A stretch of 63,806 nt of DNA, filler included, from Trichomonas gallinae (lineage: Eukaryota), in NCBI GenBank assembly GCA_008369845.1. It is 6 parts of 6 records of this genome, joined end to end, with 100 filler letters (N's around TTAATTAATTAA, not from the genome) between each part and the next. Parts side by side here need not be neighbours in the genome. Positions count along the whole stretch, not along the records: positions 51,518 to 60,894 come from MRSU01000022.1; positions 60,995 to 62,610 come from MRSU01000030.1; positions 62,711 to 63,806 come from MRSU01000068.1; 3 more parts are not named here. One strand, 5' to 3'. How positions within the stretch are numbered: position 1 is the first letter of the stretch; each line of letters opens with the position of its first letter. The notes beneath the pieces are model-generated. The model did no database searches, was not told the DNA's origin, and saw only the letters and a list, made by a program, of their open reading frames with translations. The translations under genes and the position numbers were made by a program. Positions 56,135 through 63,806 of this stretch are shown one piece after another.

Positions 56135-58060
56135 TTAAACATCCTCAGCAGTGCTTGGATTTTCCTGAGCCAGTGGATTCTGTATGGCTACTTCCACTTT
56201 AACCTGTCCGACTGCCTTTCCTCGCGCATTCCATATCTTCGCGATCATCGAATAAGCGTTTGTTACTGTGAGAGGAAGCAAGTTTAGTTCCGATCTCGCA
56301 GCCTCTGTTATTTGTCCTTCTCTGTCTCTCCTCATCTGAAGAGGCAGAGCTGTTTTAGTCACAAACTCACGCAGAATGAAGTCGTTGTTGACAACGAAAT
56401 CCAATCTACTCTTGAATGTCTTCGCGTCCGTTGCTACATGAATAGTTTCCTTCGGCTCATTTTCGAGAAATTCCAAAACAAAGAATATCTCGCTCGGTCG
56501 TCCAACAGTTACGCTTCTATCGAGCTGGAACTCCTTGAAGAATATAGCAATGACAGTTTGATTCTGCTCGAGTGTATTTGCCTGGAATTTGATGCTCGGA
56601 GCTCCTTCAGTGAAATCTGGCATTTGCAGAGGTCCTTTGGGTTCTTCATTTTCGAGATTGACTTTGACGCCTTTCAGTTGCTCTTCGAGTGCAGCAATTT
56701 TATCCCTCTTCTTCGCAAGTTTTTCTTGGAGCTCTTTTTCTGCATCTTCGTATATAGAAATCTTTGTCTGCAAGTCTGTTAATTTGTTTTCGAGTTCTTC
56801 TGTTTCTGAGCTCATCTCTTTTATAGATTTAGGCGTCCATCCATGTTCCTTCATTTTCGTCAGGAATTTAACGAATTTTCTGTCGTCGAATGGATCCCTC
56901 TGGCCGTAATCGACCCTCTGTGAGTATTTGGTAGCCGTGTTCTTGTATTCTTCTTGTAGACGCTCGAATTCCGATTCCGCGTTTCTTCGTTTTGCTGCTG
57001 CTTCGTTTCTTTCTTTTTCTGTTTCTTCTAATTTCTTTTCGAGCTCGTCGTTTGCAGCTCTGGCTTCTATGCAGCGCTTGTCGACTGCGGCTGCCTCTTC
57101 TCTAAGCTTATCGAGGGCCTCCATGACTTGCGTTTGCACTTTTTGGGCTCGTGCAACAGTTGTCTTTTGTAATTGGTCTTTCTGCTCTTCCAGTTGCTCT
57201 ATCTCGTGTTTGAGGCTGGAGGCGATTATTTCTAGCTCTGCTATCTTCTGTACTTCGCGCTCTTTCGTTTCTTTTTGAACTTGCAAATCGTGAATTTCTT
57301 TATTTCGCGCTGCCGTTTGAACAGCGTCGCTTTCGTATTGTTTGGACATCTCTTGGTGCTTGGCGAGCATTGTCTCGTATCTTTCCTTCAGAGCATTCAG
57401 TTTATCTCTTAATGCTTCGATTTTTTGTTGTCTTTCTTGTAATTCGTATTTTTCTTGCATGCATTGAGTCAATGTCGTTGTTTCTCCAATGTGCTCAAGT
57501 ATTGGACGCATTGGTTCTTCAGCTGCTTCATAATCTCCTTGCAACAGAGCGATTGCAGATTTGATTCTGTTTGACATTTGAGGTAGAGTGTTTTTGGTAA
57601 GTAATTCTTGCAACATCATGATAATCTCTTCTCTGCTGCGAACTGGTTTTGAAATTCCTGATTTTGATAAAGATCTTGATTTTAATTTTTGTTCAGATTC
57701 TGCTTGTATTGATTGGAAATAGCTTATATCGCGTAATATTTTTGTATGCTTTTGTTGTTTCATTTCTATTTCGCGTTGAATGTCAACAATTTGATCTTGA
57801 AGCTCTTTAACGTTGATTTGTGACTGTCTAAATGCTGAAGGTGCTTGGCTTCCAGAAAACATTTTCGGTGCTCGTGATTGTTGCTGTAAATCTTTAGCAA
57901 GTTTCGATAATTGTTGAGAAATATGCTGTGCTTTTTGTTCTAAAGCGACAATTTCGTGCGCTTTAGTATCCAGCATCTCACAGTTCTTCAAAAAATCGTT
58001 TTCGAGCTCTTCTCGAGAATATTCGCCCAGTAAACGATTTTTATAAGTTGGCTTCAGCAT
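56135..58060 (-). CDS. RPGRIP1L/Fantom-like ciliary transition-zone protein (coiled coil + C2)
   Basis: N-terminal SREELENDFL motif, long coiled coil, C-terminal C2-like beta domain. Confidence 0.65.
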   Translation of the reverse strand: MLKPTYKNRLLGEYSREELENDFLKNCEMLDTKAHEIVALEQKAQHISQQLSKLAKDLQQQSRAPKMFSGSQAPSAFRQSQINVKELQDQIVDIQREIEMKQQKHTKILRDISYFQSIQAESEQKLKSRSLSKSGISKPVRSREEIIMMLQELLTKNTLPQMSNRIKSAIALLQGDYEAAEEPMRPILEHIGETTTLTQCMQEKYELQERQQKIEALRDKLNALKERYETMLAKHQEMSKQYESDAVQTAARNKEIHDLQVQKETKEREVQKIAELEIIASSLKHEIEQLEEQKDQLQKTTVARAQKVQTQVMEALDKLREEAAAVDKRCIEARAANDELEKKLEETEKERNEAAAKRRNAESEFERLQEEYKNTATKYSQRVDYGQRDPFDDRKFVKFLTKMKEHGWTPKSIKEMSSETEELENKLTDLQTKISIYEDAEKELQEKLAKKRDKIAALEEQLKGVKVNLENEEPKGPLQMPDFTEGAPSIKFQANTLEQNQTVIAIFFKEFQLDRSVTVGRPSEIFFVLEFLENEPKETIHVATDAKTFKSRLDFVVNNDFILREFVTKTALPLQMRRDREGQITEAARSELNLLPLTVTNAYSMIAKIWNARGKAVGQVKVEVAIQNPLAQENPSTAEDV

Positions 58061-58624
58061 CAAATAAAAATAAACCGAATTTATTTAAATAAATCGAGAT
58101 ATAAGTCCATCATAATCTATATTTAATATATTCGACAAAGTTTATGGCAGTTATACATTTAGATATCGAGATATAACAACCAAAAATATTTTTATTGCAG
58201 GAACAATCAGCAGCTGAGTATTGAGATGTATATGATGTAATAAATACGTTACATCACTCATCTGCAACACTTCTGCTTGAATATTATAATAATGTTAATA
58301 TACATGGAGTTTAAACTCTAAATCTTATATCACTATGTGTACTAGGTTTGATTCAGATGAAAAACAAAAATGATGATTTTTGAAATTTAAAATCATTTTT
58401 TAATGATAAAAATATATACATTATACAAAGTTATATTAAAATATATCATTAAAAAATAAAATAATAATCATTTGATTAGAATTCAAACATTATTTTGATA
58501 ATTTCGTGATATTTAAATATTATATATAGAGAAGATTCTAAATATAAAGTTTATGGCCGCACTTTTTGATGATAAAAAAATCAAAACGATTATTTTTGTC
58601 ACTTTTTTCGAAAAAAATTTAAAA

Positions 58625-60163
58625 ATGATTCTCTCTGTTGCTATTATTAACAATTCTGGGAAAGCTCTTGTTGCGCGCCAGTTTTCGAAGGTCTCTAAGG
58701 CCCAAATCGTCAACCATCTCAGCGTTTTTCCAAAATTATTAACAAAAACATCGCAGTCATATGTTGAATCAGCAAATATTCGCTATGTTTACCAAGAGAT
58801 CGATAAGTTATATTTCGTTTTGATCACAACAAAGGACTCGAATATTCTCGAAGACTTAGAACTTCTCCAAATGCTCACAGATTTAACAAGAGAAATCATT
58901 CCACAAATAGATGAAACTACTGTCTTAGAACGCAACCTTGATTTAATTCTAGCTTACGACGAAGTCATTTTTGACGGCTATCGCCAGACTGTCTCAGTTA
59001 GCGAAGTTATGACTTTCCTAAGCATGGAATCACAAGAAGAACTCATGTTCCTCAACGAGCGTCAAAAGAAGGAAGAAGATGCAAAGAAAGTTGCTCTCGA
59101 AACTCAGAAAAACTTGGACAAAGCAAAGAAATCGAAATCTCTGTCAACATCCAACGCTGTTGGCTACGTTCCAGCATCTACCAGCAGTGTTGGCAACACA
59201 CAATCACCAGGATTCACTCCGTTTTCTTCAGTCAACACAGAAGAAATCGAGCCACTCGAAGAAACGAAGCCAAAGAGGCAGCCAAGGACGCTTCCTGAAG
59301 GATCACGGGGCATGGTCCTTGGTAAGATGAAATCAGCCCGCGACAGAGCAAAACAAGTTATTCTCGAAGAAGGACTTACAGAAACTCCATCAAAATCAAA
59401 GCCAGCAGCAGCTCCTGAACCTATCGCTGTCATTACAAAAGGATTATTACTCAAATTACGAGAAACTCTCAAGGCGACATTCAATCGCGAAGGAAATGTA
59501 CGTAATCTTTCACTCCGAGGCGAGTTATCCGCTATGGGTACATCACGCGCCAAGTACGCAATCCAGATGAACTGGGATGACAAATTTACTTCGATTCCAA
59601 GAACATTCATGAAAACGAAACAAGTTACTTTTGATAATACGGAGCCAAAAGCTGAAGATGCTTCGCTTCTCCACTGGGGCTGGCTGAAGACAGTCTCCGA
59701 TGACTTACCTTTCAAGTTAGATTGCTGGCCGAGGACAGAAGGAGACATCTCAAGGATCTCTTTAGTCTTCGAGACGCTTAGAGATGACGTCAGCATCGGA
59801 AAGGCGAAGATCAAAGTCAGGCTCAACAAGCCAAGCGAGGCGACAATCGTAGTGACAGAAGAAAACGGCGAAGTCGAGACATTCGACAGAGACGGCTACA
59901 TCATCTGGACGACACCAGAGATGACAGTAGACAACAACTCAGCAGAGATTGAAATTGCCGCGAAGCAGGAGATCAGTGATTTCTTCGAGATCCACGTTGA
60001 GATCGATGCCCCGCATCTTCTCTCTCAGATCGACGTTGCAAATGTTTTCAAGTGCAACGAGGACGGAGAGGTAGATGAGAACTCGCCGGCACAATATGAA
60101 GTACAGAAGCAGTTTTGCAGCTCTGGAAGTGATATTACAGTATTATACGATTTCGGTCAATAA
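58625..60163 (+). CDS. ARCN1: Coatomer subunit delta (longin + mu-homology domain)
   Basis: GKALVARQF, IRYVYQ, SNILEDLE, MESQEE, GMVLG, LPFKLDCWP; Inr at 58599. Confidence 0.92.
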   Translation: MILSVAIINNSGKALVARQFSKVSKAQIVNHLSVFPKLLTKTSQSYVESANIRYVYQEIDKLYFVLITTKDSNILEDLELLQMLTDLTREIIPQIDETTVLERNLDLILAYDEVIFDGYRQTVSVSEVMTFLSMESQEELMFLNERQKKEEDAKKVALETQKNLDKAKKSKSLSTSNAVGYVPASTSSVGNTQSPGFTPFSSVNTEEIEPLEETKPKRQPRTLPEGSRGMVLGKMKSARDRAKQVILEEGLTETPSKSKPAAAPEPIAVITKGLLLKLRETLKATFNREGNVRNLSLRGELSAMGTSRAKYAIQMNWDDKFTSIPRTFMKTKQVTFDNTEPKAEDASLLHWGWLKTVSDDLPFKLDCWPRTEGDISRISLVFETLRDDVSIGKAKIKVRLNKPSEATIVVTEENGEVETFDRDGYIIWTTPEMTVDNNSAEIEIAAKQEISDFFEIHVEIDAPHLLSQIDVANVFKCNEDGEVDENSPAQYEVQKQFCSSGSDITVLYDFGQ

Positions 60164-60894
60164 ATAAAACTTTTTTTTATAATAATTTCTCAAAAAATAC
60201 AACAATATTTTTATAAATTCTTAAAGATTTAAAAACTTATCATCTTATAATTATCCGCAGCAAAGTCTAAATAGTCCATTGATTTATCAAGACTTATGCG
60301 CTGATATCTTCCGGGATCATGAACAAAGGAGTGTAGAAGTCCTCAATGCAGTGTCCATAGTTCTTACGGCAATAGATGTATCCAACAACTATTAATTCGA
60401 TATAATTGCCTACCAAAGTAGTTGATGTTATTATATTTCTATGGAATCGTAATATTGATTCGTCTTCAAACCAAAATTGCGCGAAAAGGAAGAAGCCAAG
60501 AAGGAGTTTGAAGAAGCAGTTGTGCAAGGCTATCATGCAATGTTGGGCGAAGAAATTGGTAATGGTCTGAATTCATTCAAACTCTCAATAAAAAAATGTG
60601 TCTATAGACTTGCCGAATATTCATTATCCAAGATTCAAATCTTAACCATGAAATATACTATATATTTTCAGCATATCAATTTTTATAAAAATCCTTAAGG
60701 ATTATTACAAAAAAAAACTAAGAAAAGATGAAAGATTTTCATTTCTTATTTAATGATTGCTGTTCAAGCAAATGAGATGATATAGAACATCAATGAACAA
60801 CAATTTCCTGACATTAAAAGGGCCATCAAATATTTTTCCGTTATTTCGCAAAAATGCTCGATTGAACAAACTTAAGTCTTTTGGTCCACACATT

Positions 60895-60994
60895 NNNNNN
60901 NNNNNNNNNNNNNNNNNNNNNNNNNNNNNNNNNNNNNNTTAATTAATTAANNNNNNNNNNNNNNNNNNNNNNNNNNNNNNNNNNNNNNNNNNNN
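60895..60994. other. Artificial contig linker
   Basis: N44-TTAATTAATTAA-N44. Confidence 0.98.
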
Positions 60995-61246
60995 AACCTA
61001 AACTTCTTGTTCTTCAACTCAGACAGTCTTCGTGAGATCAGTCCAACAGCATTCTCCGACTGCCCACTTCTCCATCAATGTGGCTCAATCTCATGTCCGA
61101 ACGGGACCAAATCTAAGCTTCTCAAACTAAACTTCACAGAACTCTCATTCCGTGTCGAATGTGAGCACAATGCATGTACATACAACTGCCCATATCTGAC
61201 AGTCAAATTTTCCTACCTTCATGCATCCATTCCAATGATGCTATAA
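60995..61246 (+). CDS. 3' fragment of a BspA-like (TpLRR) surface protein
   Basis: SLREISPTAFSDCPLL repeat, CGSISCP cap, Cys-containing hydrophobic tail; truncated by the contig start. Confidence 0.75.
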   Translation, partial: NLNFLFFNSDSLREISPTAFSDCPLLHQCGSISCPNGTKSKLLKLNFTELSFRVECEHNACTYNCPYLTVKFSYLHASIPMML

Positions 61247-61615
61247 AAAGTATAAATCTTTTTTTTTTCTTTATGTGATTATAGAATCCTACACATGTAG
61301 GAAATATTTATTATTCAATTAATGTATTGAAAAATAATAAAAATGGTTAGATTTCGCCTGTTTTTATTCATTATTTCATTGATTTTCTTTTTCGAATTCT
61401 AAAACACATATTGATTGAAATTCAAGCAATCCTATATCATAGCTATAAAAATATCAAAAGCTATAAAGTAAATACTCATTGATTAAATTTTATTTGACAA
61501 AAATCATATAATTAACTAGAGGATAGTACGAGTTTAGGATTTTAACTTATATAGTATCAATTTTAAATGAAAATATGATATAATTATTTATTTGCAAAGA
61601 AAAACGCTTATAATT

Positions 61616-62521
61616 TTAGAGAGCAATTGGAACGAGAGCTCTTGTAGCAATGCCACATTGGTTATCTCTGTCCTTAGCCATGCGGATGTAGCCATCTTCA
61701 CCCCATCTTGAGCTCCATGAGTTACGAACGATCCAGTAGTTAACTGAGCTCTCTGTGCCGTAGCCAACAATAGCGACAGCATGTGTGAGCTGTGTCTTTG
61801 AGCATCTGTCCTCGATATAGATTCCGCCTGTATAAAGCTGGAATGTATAGACTGTAGCATCGATGCAAACTGAAACTACACACTGGGAAACAGCCTTTGC
61901 AAGCTCCTTTTCGTCCTTTTCAACAACATTAGCACCCTTTGTTAAAGCGACAGCCTTATCCTTCTTATATCTGCACTTTCCTGGGTAAGCTTCGTATGGG
62001 TAGTCGGATTCAAGGTTGAACTTTCCTTCCTGGTCATTGACGACGAAATCCCAAGCACCATCTGGCCAACCGCCAGCGCAGCTCCACATGTTCTTAGCGC
62101 AATCAACAACGTTCTGTTCACTGAAGCGGTGGAGGATGTTGCTGGACTGTGCCCAAGCTGTTTCACAGCATGTAATCATGGAGAAAGCCCAGCAAGAGCC
62201 GCACTCGCCCTGATTCTTGACAGGGTTGACAAAGCCTCTCTGACGCCAGTCGATGGACTCTTCAACCTTGTTTGTAAGTTTGACTGGCTTTAATTTATTG
62301 TTATAATTTGGTCTGACACCCATAAGAGTCTGGTATTCAGCTGGTGTGTAGTGTGCGAGGTTGTTGAGACCAATGCGGAAGGATTTCTTAGCAGCATTGT
62401 GCTCCTGGACAAGTCTTTTGTTTGTTAAGAAAATACCAAGGCGGAAATGGTATTCGTCGCCTGTGAAAATGTTGCCTGTCTCACGCATGTAGGCAACGAA
62501 GGCCTTTTCTTCGTGAGCCAA
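61616..62521 (-). CDS. Cathepsin L-like cysteine peptidase (clan CA, family C1), N-terminus missing
   Basis: QGECGSCWAF, HAVAIVGYG, RNSW; ERFNIN/GNFD-like prodomain. No ATG or signal peptide before an upstream in-frame stop. Confidence 0.93.
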   Translation of the reverse strand: MAHEEKAFVAYMRETGNIFTGDEYHFRLGIFLTNKRLVQEHNAAKKSFRIGLNNLAHYTPAEYQTLMGVRPNYNNKLKPVKLTNKVEESIDWRQRGFVNPVKNQGECGSCWAFSMITCCETAWAQSSNILHRFSEQNVVDCAKNMWSCAGGWPDGAWDFVVNDQEGKFNLESDYPYEAYPGKCRYKKDKAVALTKGANVVEKDEKELAKAVSQCVVSVCIDATVYTFQLYTGGIYIEDRCSKTQLTHAVAIVGYGTESSVNYWIVRNSWSSRWGEDGYIRMAKDRDNQCGIATRALVPIAL

Positions 62522-62610
62522 GACTTCGAGGGGATGTAACCGTTTTGTGCACTATGTTACAGGTTGCTTCATAACTCAAGACCATCAAGTCAGAGAAGTT
62601 TAAGATTGTG

Positions 62611-62710
62611 NNNNNNNNNNNNNNNNNNNNNNNNNNNNNNNNNNNNNNNNNNNNTTAATTAATTAANNNNNNNNNNNNNNNNNNNNNNNNNNNNNNNNNN
62701 NNNNNNNNNN
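62611..62710. other. Artificial contig linker
   Basis: N44-TTAATTAATTAA-N44. Confidence 0.98.
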
Positions 62711-63234
62711 TTTTAATTGCTGTAGTTGAAATTGTGAAAATAATCTTGACATTAATGAATTAAAGTACATTTTGAATTGACAACATATAACTTCCGAGAT
62801 TATTGGAGGATTTAAAGATCTTCTGAGCAGGGCAATTATTCCAAAAGTCAATCTTTGAAATTAAGCACAGCAATTGAAACAAAATCAAAACAACTTCCTA
62901 GCCACTTAAATCTTTTATTGGAAAAATCATTTTTACAGTGCTTATTGACTCACATATCAACTTTCAGCTATAATAATATTTTTTACTAAAGTTAACTAAA
63001 ATTCTTATTTCTCTCATATAATTTACCAACTTCAACATTTCTCATCATTTTATGTATCATCTTGCACATCAATTTTATCAACAACTCCCACCCTTTACTG
63101 CCTTCTCTTTCATAAAACATATTTCTATTTTCTATAATATATATTATTATACACTTGTTAATATTATATGACTAAAAAAGTTTTTATTTTTACCATTTTG
63201 TATTTTTATTTAAAAAGAAAAAAAAAAAAAAAAA

Positions 63235-63314
63235 GATACCTCACAAATTTTACTCGAACCTGGGCCTTTAAGCACCGATTATCCATGGAACCTTAACCTC
63301 ATGGCCATCCTCAA
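63235..63314 (-). ncRNA. tRNA-like Pol III unit (tRNA pseudogene, SINE-like element or small RNA)
   Basis: A-box-like TGGCCATGAGGTTAAGG, B-box-like GGTTCGAGT, followed by T17; no cloverleaf. Confidence 0.45.
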
Positions 63315-63806
63315 GCATCATTTTGCGATCAAATTTCTTGCTATATAATGATTTTAATATCTGACATTTTACAAAACGGTTAGGAGGCCATAAAGATTTT
63401 AACTTCAATGTGGTTTTCTAGATTTGACATTATATGCATATATCATAGAATTAATCTTGGTCTCCAAATTAACTAAAACATTTTTTTTTCCAAATTTTGG
63501 CCGATAGTTAAAATATAAGGGTTTTATCAAATATAGATTAGAGATTTCATAAAATTAAGCAAAAAAAAAAAAATCGATTGGCGAAAACTGTCAGGATTAG
63601 TTCTGCTCCAAACATACAAAAATAGATTTCATCATAGCAAATCATTGATCTGTTGTATCAAAACGAATTTCTCAAAAATATGCAGTGTCAACTGTAGAGC
63701 TGCAGCGATCCACAAATCAAATAAAATCTAAACTGGTTGACCGAAGGTGGCCCCTATTGAGAGGAATTGAGAGAAAAAACGATTAAAAAGCCCTCAAATA
63801 TAGGGG

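Noticed and set aside
60270..60700. Short ORFs downstream of delta-COP
   Set aside because: Fragmented, with no recognisable motif; possibly a remnant but unsupported.

Overview
AT-rich, essentially intron-free eukaryotic DNA from a trichomonad (parabasalid) protist. Support for this: TCA(T/C)T initiator motifs just before ATGs, stop codons inside TAAA, an IBP39-type IBD protein, a BspA fragment, a large PAS-containing transmembrane adenylyl cyclase and ankyrin proteins. The window is six contigs joined by artificial N44-TTAATTAATTAA-N44 linkers, so adjacency across linkers means nothing. Recognisable genes: GH31 glucosidase, OYE flavin oxidoreductase, CCT-theta, RalGAP-beta-like, Furry-like, LAG1/TLC, RPGRIP1L-like, delta-COP, cathepsin L and tRNA-Val(GAC). 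There are also several pseudogenes and DNA-transposon or MITE ends. Most interesting: (1) a secreted precursor with five NE(E/L)(A/E)N|PW-delimited Gly/Ser-rich beta-hairpin peptides, a candidate legumain-processed antimicrobial polyprotein; (2) an otherwise intact ankyrin gene needing removal of a 17-nt non-GT-AG insert; (3) a recurrent TGACAYGTAAA motif, including three pairs spaced exactly 21 bp; (4) a tRNA-like Pol III unit that is not a tRNA. Family assignments are from motif recognition by eye, not database searches.
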